64,000 bases of DNA from an archaeon (GTDB taxonomy: Archaea > Nanobdellota > Nanobdellia > Pacearchaeales > GW2011-AR1), in contig JBDRNU010000015.1 in assembly GCA_043810775.1 (NCBI GenBank), positions 32,001-96,000 of the forward strand, written 5' to 3'. A program made the translations under genes and the position numbers. Below, piece by piece: positions 40,502 to 49,281 of this stretch (position 1 is the stretch's first letter; the number at the start of each line of letters is the position of its first letter). The notes below the pieces were generated by a model. The model was not told the DNA's origin and did no database searches. It saw only the letters and a program-made list of their open reading frames with translations.

Positions 40502-40594
40502 CGCCCGCGCCAGGAATCGAACCTGGATGCCCAAAGGGCCCGGCTTTCTAGTGTTAAACTCAAGGCCGGTGCAATACCATTATGCGACGCGGGC
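40502..40594 (-). tRNA. tRNA-Ser(TGA) with 13-nt intron at 37/38 (40546-40558)
   Basis: Acceptor GCCCGCG/CGCGGGC, G73, anticodon stem CCGGC/GCCGG, long variable arm GCCC-TTT-GGGC, TTCGA T-loop. Confidence 0.9.
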
Positions 40595-40626
40595 TTAAAT
40601 TGAGAATTCTCTAGTGCTTTTAAATA

Positions 40627-41202
40627 TTACTTAAGCTGAGGTAAATAAATATGAGCAGAAATAGAATGGCAAGTAAGAGTTCCTGGTTTTATTTTAAGTT
40701 CTTCACATAAGCATCTCATTAATTTTCCTTGGAATGCTAAATTTGAATAAGCTTTTCCCCCATAGTCATGGCTCCTATAAATACATGTTGCGTTTAATCT
40801 ATTTTTTTCAGTCTTATAATTTATCAAGCTTAAGCAAGTAAAATGATTAGCCAAATCTATCTTAGGTTCAATAAGACTGATAGTTGCAGACCTTGAATCA
40901 GGTTTGTTTTTTAGTTTCTCTATAATTAATTCCATCTGATTCATACCATAATAGTCAAAAATTCTGCTGTATTCAGAAAACCATGTATCAGCAGGTAATG
41001 GATTAATGAGATAACTAAACAAAAAATCAGCATCTTCTTCAGATGGTTCTCCTAAGTCTAATGGGCTTTCTATATTCAAGATAAGGTTACTTATTTCTCT
41101 AGTGTTTTTCCCTTCGTGAATTATATTTTTCCCTTCATTAATTATAGCTTTTACAGCATTTATCCACACATCAACTATTGTTGTACCTATAACTTTTTTC
41201 AT
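40627..41202 (-). CDS. Thymidylate synthase family protein (short archaeal type)
   Basis: Y.RI, SR.A, catalytic Cys in FTCL, YRSHD.....N, SAHIY. Confidence 0.82.
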   Translation of the reverse strand: MKKVIGTTIVDVWINAVKAIINEGKNIIHEGKNTREISNLILNIESPLDLGEPSEEDADFLFSYLINPLPADTWFSEYSRIFDYYGMNQMELIIEKLKNKPDSRSATISLIEPKIDLANHFTCLSLINYKTEKNRLNATCIYRSHDYGGKAYSNLAFQGKLMRCLCEELKIKPGTLTCHSISAHIYLPQLK

Positions 41203-41285
41203 TTCTTCTATACTTTATAGATCTTTTTAAACTTTCTTGTAAGAACTAGGTTTGAAAGTTTGCCTGCTGCTAATAATTAAAAAAT

Positions 41286-41576
41286 TCAACCAAATAGTGC
41301 AGACAAACCTTCTGCTGCTTCTTCTGCTTTTTCTTCAGTCTTTTCTGACTTCTCTTCAGTCTTTTCTGCCGGTCCGCCAGAAGCAGGTGCCACAGCTACT
41401 AATGACGCAGATTCTAATTCTTTATCAATATCTACATCTTTCAAGCTTGCAATTAAAGTCTTTACTTTTGCTTCATCAACTTCTGACCCAGTCGCCGATA
41501 TCACTTTCTTTAAATTTGTTTCATTTACTGCTTGTCCAGTTTTATGCAATAGCAAAGCCCCATATACGTATTCCAT
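41286..41576 (-). CDS. rpl12: 50S ribosomal protein P1 (L12p)
   Basis: MEYVYGALLLH, acidic tail ending GLSALFG. Confidence 0.97.
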   Translation of the reverse strand: MEYVYGALLLHKTGQAVNETNLKKVISATGSEVDEAKVKTLIASLKDVDIDKELESASLVAVAPASGGPAEKTEEKSEKTEEKAEEAAEGLSALFG

Positions 41577-42455
41577 TTAATTTTCCTCCGGTTTATTTTC
41601 TTGAGTATTTTCTTCAGCTGCTTTCTCCTCAGCTTCATTTTCTTGTTTAGATTCTTCCTTAATATCTTCTTTTTTATCGACTTCTGATAATTTTTCCAAG
41701 GCTCTCTCATGCATTCCTGCCTTTTGTATTAAGAAAGAAATAGTATCTTTGCTTGGGTATACTATTTCCACAGCAAAAGCTAAAGCTTTCGCATAAGTAT
41801 TTTTAATTTCTTCAAGAGCACTTTCTTTATCAATTTTGATTCCTACATAAACTTTTTTTTCTTTATTATCATAAGCAACTAGAGGTTCAAATCCAACATG
41901 GAAGGGCTTAATATCAAGCTTAGCCATTATACTTGCAGCAGAAGTGTTTATTTTTTCTCCTTTCTTTACAATTATTTTTGCTTTTTTAATATTAATCTTG
42001 CCATCTTCAATTGCAATCTGTATGCCTAAACTACCTAACTCACTTATTACGGGTCCTGGAGTAAGTTCAGTTGGGCCTTCTTCTATTTCTATATCCTCAG
42101 GAGCTTCCTGCCCAATTTTTGCCTTTGCAGGAGTAGTATTTTCAGAAAGGGTCGAGGATAAATCAAAAGGGTCTATATCAGAAAATAATAAAGCAACATC
42201 TTCCTTAATATATTCTTTAATATTCTTAATAGCCCCAATATCTATACTATCTATAGCCCTTAAAATGGCACTTTTTTTCACAACTTTGACTTTTGCATGA
42301 TCTTTTATCTTATTTTTAATTATCTGAAACTGCTTTCCAGGCAGGCTTTTTATGGAAGCTATGAGAAAACAATTACTCTCTTTTATAAGTTTAACTAAGT
42401 CTTCTATTTCTTTAATCTTTTTTTTAGGAATATCTTTTAATCTGTGTTTATTCAT
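41577..42455 (-). CDS. rpl10: 50S ribosomal protein P0 (L10)
   Basis: PAKAK.G..AP.DI, GPT...PGP.ISEL. Confidence 0.96.
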   Translation of the reverse strand: MNKHRLKDIPKKKIKEIEDLVKLIKESNCFLIASIKSLPGKQFQIIKNKIKDHAKVKVVKKSAILRAIDSIDIGAIKNIKEYIKEDVALLFSDIDPFDLSSTLSENTTPAKAKIGQEAPEDIEIEEGPTELTPGPVISELGSLGIQIAIEDGKINIKKAKIIVKKGEKINTSAASIMAKLDIKPFHVGFEPLVAYDNKEKKVYVGIKIDKESALEEIKNTYAKALAFAVEIVYPSKDTISFLIQKAGMHERALEKLSEVDKKEDIKEESKQENEAEEKAAEENTQENKPEEN

Positions 42456-43096
42456 TGCTTTATCTCTCCAACTAATTTTATTGGTTTTGACATTGTCAGT
42501 TTAATCATAACATTTTTTATGTTCTCTTTCTTTCTTGGTAGGACATTAATTATTGAGTTAAATACAAATACTAAATTATCAACAATTTCCTCATCTTTCA
42601 TATTTTGATTAGCTACACTTAATTTAATACTAGGCTCTTTACTTCTTACTTTTAAAATTTTATCGAACTTTTTCAAAGCATCTTTTATTGAAGATTCATC
42701 ATCTTGAGCGATAATTCCTAGCTGAGGAGTAGGCATCTTTCCACTAGGACCTAAATATTTACCAAAATTTGTTGCAATTTCAGGCATGAGTTTTGCAGAA
42801 GCTATGAAAAAATCATATTTTTTCACAAGTTTTTTGATTTCTTTTTTGTCTTTATATTTTTCAAATTCAGCTTTAGTTATGCTATCTATATGATTACTTT
42901 TATTATTTAGAAAACCAGCAACTTTTGCGTCTTTAATTTTGAAAGGAAGAATTAATACTAAATTCACACTTTCTCTTCTTATATCAAAATTTCTTAAATT
43001 TACAATTAAATCTACAGATTGATTAAATTTTCTTTTCTTGCTTTTATTCTCATCTTTTAGCTCTTTAATAGCTTTCAAAAAAACTTCTTTGTTCAT
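42452..43096 (-). CDS. rpl1: 50S ribosomal protein L1
   Basis: KRKFNQSVDL, LGP.GKMP.P, KLTM; AGGAGGT SD. Confidence 0.96.
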   Translation of the reverse strand: MNKEVFLKAIKELKDENKSKKRKFNQSVDLIVNLRNFDIRRESVNLVLILPFKIKDAKVAGFLNNKSNHIDSITKAEFEKYKDKKEIKKLVKKYDFFIASAKLMPEIATNFGKYLGPSGKMPTPQLGIIAQDDESSIKDALKKFDKILKVRSKEPSIKLSVANQNMKDEEIVDNLVFVFNSIINVLPRKKENIKNVMIKLTMSKPIKLVGEIKQ

Positions 43097-43160
43097 TCTT
43101 ACCTCCTACATTATAAACTTGGATCATAGAAAATATCTCCAAATTATGTAGTTTTCCGGT
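43097..43160 (-). promoter_or_regulatory. Structured 5' leader of rpl1-rpl10-rpl12
   Basis: CTACAT/ATGTAG and TTGGA/TCCAA stems; SD AGGAGGT; palindromic TATA at 43182-43189. Confidence 0.55.
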
Positions 43161-43210
43161 ACATAAGCATAAAAAATAAGGTTTATAAATTTAATGCTTT
43201 TTTATTTAAA

Positions 43211-44014
43211 ATGAAAATAAAAGAAATTATTGTATCTTCCTGTATGAATAAAAGCAAAATAAAAGATTATGTGATTAATCCTTATACTGGTTGTGAGCAT
43301 GGTTGCAAGTATTGTTACGCTATTTTTATGAAAAAATACCAGAATATCAAGGATAAATGGGGGGAATTTATCTATGTTAAAAAGAACTGTCCAGAATTAT
43401 TAGAGAAAGAGCTTAAAAAAAATCCTCCAGGTCATATTTGGATAAGTAGTGTTACTGATCCTTATTCCCCTGTTGAGTCAAAGTACAAAATGACTAGGAA
43501 AATTTTAGAAGTCATTTCTAAATCCCCTCACAAAAACAAATTTAGTTTTGAGATTCTTTCAAAATCGACTTTAGTTGAAAGAGATTTTGATTTGATTAAA
43601 GAAATTGGCATTGAATTAGGCATGTCTATAAATAATTTAGATAAAAATATATCTAAATTGATTGAACCAGGCGCTCCCCCTCCACTAGATAGAATTGAAA
43701 CTTTGAAGAAAGCAAAAGAATATGGTATAAAAGTTTTTGGTTTCATATCTCCAGTCTTGCCAGGAATTACAAATTTAGATGAAATCTTCCGCGAATTAAA
43801 ATTTTGCGATTTTGTTTATGTCGAAGTGTTAAATACGAGATCTAATGGTGTGAAAAGATTAATCCCCTTATTAAGAAAAAAATTTCCCAGCACCCTTAAA
43901 AAAATTGAATATGCTAAAAATAACAGTGATAAATACTATAATCAAATAAAAAAAGAAGCTGAATTGTTAAGTAAGAAATATTCCATAAATCTCCAGGCAG
44001 TTATTTATCACTAA
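43211..44014 (+). CDS. Radical SAM protein, spore photoproduct lyase-like family
   Basis: INPYTGCEHGCKYCYA, SSVTDPY, EP.A.....R. Confidence 0.88.
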   Translation: MKIKEIIVSSCMNKSKIKDYVINPYTGCEHGCKYCYAIFMKKYQNIKDKWGEFIYVKKNCPELLEKELKKNPPGHIWISSVTDPYSPVESKYKMTRKILEVISKSPHKNKFSFEILSKSTLVERDFDLIKEIGIELGMSINNLDKNISKLIEPGAPPPLDRIETLKKAKEYGIKVFGFISPVLPGITNLDEIFRELKFCDFVYVEVLNTRSNGVKRLIPLLRKKFPSTLKKIEYAKNNSDKYYNQIKKEAELLSKKYSINLQAVIYH

Positions 44015-44460
44015 TTTCTTTCCAATTCTCCAAGATACTCTTTTATCCTGTCTATAGTTTGAGGGATTAGGAATTTTTCAATTTTATTTTGAAAAATTTC
44101 ATTTAAAGATTCAAATTCAGCTAAATTGTAAAGATTTTCCTTTTTTTCAATTAACATCATATCTCTTAGTCTTTTTAACTGTCTTCTTATATTACTCTCT
44201 GCAACTCCTTTTAGTTCTAGATGATGTTTTTTTCTACTTCCTTCCACTTCTTCTTTAATATTATCACTAGTAAGCTGCTTTTTCTGCTTTCTTGCATCTT
44301 CAAGAACAAGAAGAATATCCACAATCACATCTCTTCCATCACCTGGTTGCAATAAACCTAGTGATAAGCAAATTTTTTTCATTACTTCTCTTCTATCTTT
44401 TTGATAAGGTTTTTCATATTTTCTTAAGATAATTTCTGCTAAAGGTGTATCTCTTGCCAT
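44011..44460 (-). CDS. Hypothetical winged-helix protein
   Basis: ESNIRRQLKRL...LIEK...Y wHTH-like segment; TATA 29 nt upstream. Confidence 0.7.
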   Translation of the reverse strand: MARDTPLAEIILRKYEKPYQKDRREVMKKICLSLGLLQPGDGRDVIVDILLVLEDARKQKKQLTSDNIKEEVEGSRKKHHLELKGVAESNIRRQLKRLRDMMLIEKKENLYNLAEFESLNEIFQNKIEKFLIPQTIDRIKEYLGELERN

Positions 44461-44510
44461 ATCTTTCTTAGCACATAAATACTTATAAATATATCCTAAT
44501 TATTCAAGTT

Positions 44511-44861
44511 ATGGAACTCGTAGCATTATTATCGTCTGGAAAAGGGACATGGGGGCAAGTTGCTGGTTTAGTAAATAGGGGTGAATGGGATAATATAATT
44601 CTTATTGGAAGCGATTTTGCTGAGAAGTTTTCACTAGATAAAAAACACGAATTTATAAAAGTCAATACAAATCAAGGTTTAGTCGAACTAAAACAAGATT
44701 TAGCTAAAAAATTAAATGGAAAAATTAATGGAACTGAAGTTGGGTTAAGTATTGCTTCTGGTGATGGGAAGGAGCATATGGCTTTGATATCTGCCTTATT
44801 ATCTTTGCCTGTAGGAATTAGATTTGTAGCTTTAACTAAAGATGGTGTAGTCTACTTATAG
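44511..44861 (+). CDS. Hypothetical Rossmann-like protein, possible stand-alone CARF domain
   Basis: Alternating beta/alpha pattern and LSIASGDGKEHMALISAL; ORF supported by TATA spacing; fold is inference. Confidence 0.6.
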   Translation: MELVALLSSGKGTWGQVAGLVNRGEWDNIILIGSDFAEKFSLDKKHEFIKVNTNQGLVELKQDLAKKLNGKINGTEVGLSIASGDGKEHMALISALLSLPVGIRFVALTKDGVVYL

Positions 44862-44895
44862 GAAATTTTTTATATTTCTTTAATCTTTAATTAAA

Positions 44896-45303
44896 ATGAA
44901 ATCACACAATAAAATAGCTGGAATTATTATAAGAGATAAAAGACTTTTAATGGTCAGAAAATATGGAGAACCTCATTTTATTATGCCTGGAGGTCAATTA
45001 AAATCAGGCGAGACTATAAGAAAAGCCTTAGAAAGAGAGTTAGAAGAAGAGCTTGACGTTAAATTAATTTCAATGGATAATCGCCCTTACGGGGTTTGGG
45101 AAGCTCCCCATTTCCAAGATCAAGATAAAATTGTAAGAATGGAAACTTATTTTGTGGAAATTGAAGGGAATCCAGTAAAAACAAGTGAGATTGATGAGAT
45201 TAGGTGGGTTTCTAGCTCTTATGCTCAAGAAGGAATAGTGGTCGCATCAATAAATCAAGATTGTTTAATTCCAAAACTTTTAAAAGATAGTTTCATAATT
45301 TAA
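44896..45303 (+). CDS. NUDIX hydrolase
   Basis: PGG.LKSGET...ALERELEEEL Nudix box. Confidence 0.9.
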   Translation: MKSHNKIAGIIIRDKRLLMVRKYGEPHFIMPGGQLKSGETIRKALERELEEELDVKLISMDNRPYGVWEAPHFQDQDKIVRMETYFVEIEGNPVKTSEIDEIRWVSSSYAQEGIVVASINQDCLIPKLLKDSFII

Positions 45304-46250
45304 ATTTCATTCTTTTTAATCTTCATTTTTCTCTTGTCTTTTCCAATTAAAACTACCCTGCTTTCAATTTTCTCGTCGAGAATCTTATATTTTGGCAATA
45401 AATTCACAAGTTTTTCAGCAAAATCTTTAATTTCTTTATGAGTGGGCATTCTTTCATAACCTAGTCTTTTCCTCGAAAATCCAACACTCATAAATCCTTT
45501 AACTTCAACAAAATCTGGAGATGCCTTTAAAATTAGTTTTGCATAATCTTTTTCATTTTCCATATTAAGTTTTCTAACTAAAGTCATTCTTAGAACTTTT
45601 CTTGTTTTTAATTTAGGAAGTAGTTCAAGAGTCTCATTAAATTTCATCCAAGCACTCTTAATTTTATTTCTAGTTAATTTTCTAAATATTTTTTCATTAG
45701 GATAGTTTAAGGAAATATAAATCTGAGTAGGCAATTGTTTATTTTTTTGCAATAATTTCAATTTTTCAGGAAGCAAACCATTGGTGACAAGAAAGCTAGT
45801 TAATTTTCTTTTCCTCAATTCCCCTATAAATTTCCCTAGTTTAGAATATATAGTTGGCTCGCCCGAAAGAGAAATAGCAAAATTTTTTGGAGTTTGAGCT
45901 TCTCTAAATTTTTTCATGTTAATTTTCTTATTTCCTTTAAAACCAGAAATCATCTTTCTTTGAGCCCTAATCAGTTCCTCTATAATTTTTTTCGGATCAT
46001 CTAATTCAAGTGTTATTTTATCTCCTAAAGTGTATTCAATAGCTCGCCAGCAATGAAGACACTTATTTTGGCACCACATAACTGCTGGACTACACTGGCA
46101 GCACTGATGACTTTTTATCCCATAAAATTTTTCTTTATAGCATTCTCCCTCATCAATTAAACTTTTTTTTGTCCATCTGCACACTTGCAATGCTGAGTGA
46201 TTTCCAATTAAAGCATAATGCTGAGATTTTAGTATATCTTTGTATTTCAT
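45300..46250 (-). CDS. taw1: 4-demethylwyosine synthase (TYW1/Taw1)
   Basis: HSA..VC.WT, CYK..FYGI.SH.C, CQNKCLHCWR, AISLSGEPT, EVKGFM.VG. Confidence 0.94.
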   Translation of the reverse strand: MKYKDILKSQHYALIGNHSALQVCRWTKKSLIDEGECYKEKFYGIKSHQCCQCSPAVMWCQNKCLHCWRAIEYTLGDKITLELDDPKKIIEELIRAQRKMISGFKGNKKINMKKFREAQTPKNFAISLSGEPTIYSKLGKFIGELRKRKLTSFLVTNGLLPEKLKLLQKNKQLPTQIYISLNYPNEKIFRKLTRNKIKSAWMKFNETLELLPKLKTRKVLRMTLVRKLNMENEKDYAKLILKASPDFVEVKGFMSVGFSRKRLGYERMPTHKEIKDFAEKLVNLLPKYKILDEKIESRVVLIGKDKRKMKIKKNEI

Positions 46251-46319
46251 AAAAAAATAAAAAATAATAAAAATTTAAACCTTTCTGAAGAAGAGCTTAA
46301 TAAAAAACTAAATTTAATA

Positions 46320-46341
46320 TAAAAAAATAAAAAATAAAAAA
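46320..46341 (-). terminator. Oligo-T terminator-like tract after the micropeptide ORF
   Basis: Runs of T5-T8 on the minus strand just after the stop. Confidence 0.45.
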
Positions 46342-46351
46342 GTTAGATTAA

Positions 46352-46396
46352 TTATCTCTTCTTCTTTTTCTTTGCTGCTTTTTTCTTTTTTGCCAT
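46352..46396 (-). CDS. Putative 14-aa basic micropeptide MAKKKKAAKKKKKR
   Basis: GAGGT SD before ATG, TTTAAATA box at 46443-46450, T-tract downstream, mixed AAA/AAG codons in frame. Confidence 0.55.
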   Translation of the reverse strand: MAKKKKAAKKKKKR

Positions 46397-46486
46397 TTTA
46401 ACCTCTTTTATTGAATTTATGTTAATTAATTCAAGATTTTTTTATTTAAATATCTTTCTGTTGCAAAAATTTTTTCCAAAAATTTA

Positions 46487-46557
46487 TGGACTGGCCGGGA
46501 ATTGAACCCAGATATCTGCTATGCAAAAGCAGAAGTTTGTCGTTAGCTTACCAGCCC
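46487..46557 (-). tRNA. tRNA-Ala(TGC), atypical D arm
   Basis: Acceptor GGGCTGG/CCAGTCC with G3:U70, A73, stem CTGCT/AGCAG, loop TT-TGC-AT, TTCAA T-loop; D loop lacks GG. Confidence 0.8.
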
Positions 46558-46561
46558 AGAT

Positions 46562-47956
46562 TCAAAAAAAGTTAATCGCCCAAATAAACATTAAGACAAG
46601 GATTAAAAATAGAATCAAATAAGTCGCTGCAGCGAATGCTTTTTTAGCTTTGTCATCTGATTTAGTCAAGAACAAGACAGTGAGATAAAAAACTCTTCCA
46701 CCATCGAAGATTCCAACAGGAAGCATATTAACTAGTGCAACTGATATATTAATCAAAACAATCCACCATATTAAATTATAAATAAATGTAACTAAATCAG
46801 GATTAAATTTTGGAGTATAGTTGATGTTTGGATTTTTAAAGAAAGATAATTTTTCGCGCAATTTTCCAAAAATTCCCCCACTATTAATTTTAATTAAAGC
46901 AATTCCAATATAAGGCATACTTGAATTATTTGGGTGCTCCTCAAGAGTTATATTAAATTCATGAATACTGAGAGAATCATTGATTAATGTTTTAATAGTA
47001 ATTTTATCATTAGGTTGATATTTTGAAATTTGAGAGCTTAAGTCATCAGTATTACTTATTTTTTTGCCATCAATTTCTACTATAACTCCTCTTAAATTAT
47101 TTCTTAACGCTGGAGTATCTTCATATGCTATGATTTGTTTCGAACTTAAATTGTATTCATTTTCATCAACAAAATATTTTTTTCCACTAATTTCAATTTC
47201 AGTTAAGGAGATATTCCCATCAACTATAAAATCAGTTTCACCTATAATAGAAGTTATATCAGCTGTATTAATTAAATCAGCTGAGTATGAATTGATAATA
47301 ACTCCTGATGATATGACGGTTGAAGCAAAGAACAGCCATAATAAAATAAAAAACACAAAACCTGTAATTAGGTTTGCAAAACTTCCAGCCCCTAAAATGG
47401 CAAGTTGATTTTTAATACTTATTTTCTGCATTTTTTTCTCATCTGGCTCAACAAATGCGGCTAACAATGGCCCAAGAAAACCAAAACCAGTGGATTTTAT
47501 TTTTAGTTTACTGAACTTAGCGAATATTCCATGTGAGAATTCATGGACAGCTGCGATTATAGCAATGCTAATTATCCAATAGGTAAAATAAAACATTGGT
47601 AAAAAGTCTACTTTGAAGATACTTGGAAGATAAGGTATCAAAGGAGCAATAGGTGGTATCTTAACTTCTTTTACAAATAAAGGCAGTTTAATATAAATAT
47701 AGAGTATTTGAAATAATAAAATGATCATAACTATCATCATAATATATCCAAAGAATATTACAAAATATCTCAGTTTTGAAATAACTTTAGGGTATTTTGT
47801 TCCAATATAATTAATAAATCTTATCCCCACTTTTGTCCTATAAAGATAGAGGATTCCCTCTCTTTCCAATTTCTTTCTTCTAATAATAAGAAATATAGCT
47901 ATAGCTATGGTAAATATTACTAAAAAAGTTAAATCATAAAATATGATACTCCTCAT
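46562..47956 (-). CDS. Site-2 protease (M50) with PDZ-like insert
   Basis: HEFSH, AFVEPDE, AGSFAN, NMLP...FDGGR. Confidence 0.92.
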   Translation of the reverse strand: MRSIIFYDLTFLVIFTIAIAIFLIIRRKKLEREGILYLYRTKVGIRFINYIGTKYPKVISKLRYFVIFFGYIMMIVMIILLFQILYIYIKLPLFVKEVKIPPIAPLIPYLPSIFKVDFLPMFYFTYWIISIAIIAAVHEFSHGIFAKFSKLKIKSTGFGFLGPLLAAFVEPDEKKMQKISIKNQLAILGAGSFANLITGFVFFILLWLFFASTVISSGVIINSYSADLINTADITSIIGETDFIVDGNISLTEIEISGKKYFVDENEYNLSSKQIIAYEDTPALRNNLRGVIVEIDGKKISNTDDLSSQISKYQPNDKITIKTLINDSLSIHEFNITLEEHPNNSSMPYIGIALIKINSGGIFGKLREKLSFFKNPNINYTPKFNPDLVTFIYNLIWWIVLINISVALVNMLPVGIFDGGRVFYLTVLFLTKSDDKAKKAFAAATYLILFLILVLMFIWAINFF

Positions 47957-47959
47957 TTT

Positions 47960-48124
47960 TTATTTTTTACTCTTAGCAGGTCTAAATGCTTTTGCCCTAC
48001 ACTTTCTACACTTCACTTTTTTTTCAATTATTTTTCTAGGTTCAGATCTCTGTTTAGATCCACACTTCTTGCAGACAAACATATTTTTATAAAGTCTAGC
48101 TTGCGCAGCTTGTATCTTTGCCAT
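47960..48124 (-). CDS. rpl40e: 50S ribosomal protein L40e (not in ORF track)
   Basis: MAKIQAAQARLYKNMFVCKKCGSKQRSEPRKIIEKKVKCRKCRAKAFRPAKSKK. Confidence 0.88.
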   Translation of the reverse strand: MAKIQAAQARLYKNMFVCKKCGSKQRSEPRKIIEKKVKCRKCRAKAFRPAKSKK

Positions 48125-48128
48125 GTTT

Positions 48129-48518
48129 TTATATCTTCCTCTTGATTATTTTTTTCCCATCAACAACCCAGTATTCTACTTGATTTCCTTCTTTAATTTC
48201 TTCATTCATATCTTCTGGGATGTTAACTTCAAAGTTTTCATAACTATCAGTATCCATAACATTTGCAGTTTTTTCTGAAATAGATAATATTTGCGCGCGA
48301 TTTTTATCAATCATAGGAACTTCAAATCTTTGACTTCCAGGTACAGCAACTATCCTTTTCTTACCATCCATTATACCTATGGCTTCAATCCTACATTTAC
48401 TTGCCCCATGCTTTCCTGTTTTACTTACATCCATAGACTTAACTGTACAAGGATTTCCGTCTATAATTATACTTACACCTGGTTTCGCCTCTGTTGCATC
48501 AATAAGTTTAAAAGTCAT
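48129..48518 (-). CDS. eif5a: Translation factor aIF5A
   Basis: SKTGKHGASK hypusine motif. Confidence 0.97.
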   Translation of the reverse strand: MTFKLIDATEAKPGVSIIIDGNPCTVKSMDVSKTGKHGASKCRIEAIGIMDGKKRIVAVPGSQRFEVPMIDKNRAQILSISEKTANVMDTDSYENFEVNIPEDMNEEIKEGNQVEYWVVDGKKIIKRKI

Positions 48519-48539
48519 ATTTTCAAAAGAAGAAATACA

Positions 48540-48547
48540 TTTATAAA
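48540..48547. promoter_or_regulatory. Palindromic TATA box shared by divergent aIF5A and FKBP genes
   Basis: TTTATAAA lies 29 nt from both ATGs (48518 and 48569). Confidence 0.7.
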
Positions 48548-48568
48548 GCTTCCCTTTATCAATTTTTT

Positions 48569-49225
48569 ATGCTAAAGGAAAAAGATTTTATTGAGTTAGA
48601 ATTTACTGGAAGAGTTAAGAATGGGGAAATTTTTGATACAAATATAAAAGAAGAAGCAAAAAAAATAGATCTTGATATAAATACTCGCCCACTTATAACA
48701 TGTTTAGGTCAGAATATGATTCTTCCGGCAATTGATAAATTTCTAGTTGGAAAGGAAGTAAACAAAAAATATGAGCTTGATTTAAAACCAGAAGAAGCAT
48801 TTGGTGCAAGAAATCGAGAATTGATTAAAACAATGCCTATGTCTGTGTTCAAGGAACAGCAAGTAGCTCCAAAACCGGGAATGATATTCCAATTTGATAC
48901 TATGATGGGGAGAATATCCGCAGTAAGTGGTGGAAGAGTGATTGTTGATTTCAATAATCCTCTAGCAGGAAAAGAAGTTTCTTATAGTTTAGAAGTAAAA
49001 AGAAAAGTTGAAGATATTAATGAAAAAACTAAATCAATTATAAATTTTTTATTTAAGCAAGACATCCCATTTAAAATTGAAGAAAAGAAACTTATAATTG
49101 AAGGCGAAAAAAGCATCATTGGTTTTGTTCAAATGTTTAATGAAAAATTTAAAGAAATTCTTGATTTGGAACTAGAAACTAAGGAAATTAAACTTTCCAA
49201 TCAAGAAAGTGCAAGCAATAACTAA
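48569..49225 (+). CDS. FKBP-type peptidyl-prolyl isomerase (SlyD-like, long type)
   Basis: FDTN, PEEAFG.R, GGRV.VDFNNPLAGK. Confidence 0.93.
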   Translation: MLKEKDFIELEFTGRVKNGEIFDTNIKEEAKKIDLDINTRPLITCLGQNMILPAIDKFLVGKEVNKKYELDLKPEEAFGARNRELIKTMPMSVFKEQQVAPKPGMIFQFDTMMGRISAVSGGRVIVDFNNPLAGKEVSYSLEVKRKVEDINEKTKSIINFLFKQDIPFKIEEKKLIIEGEKSIIGFVQMFNEKFKEILDLELETKEIKLSNQESASNN

Positions 49226-49281
49226 AAATATATACACCATTTCACAATAATCCTTAAATACTTCTAAAATTAACCTTTAAA

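Noticed and set aside
40492-40563. N-terminal extension of the 187-aa ORF (MSLTLESRALW...)
   Set aside because: It is the tRNA-Ser gene read as codons; the real start is 40491
41252-41710. ORFs 41252-41650 (+) and 41525-41710 (-)
   Set aside because: Shadow or alternate frames of rpl12/rpl10
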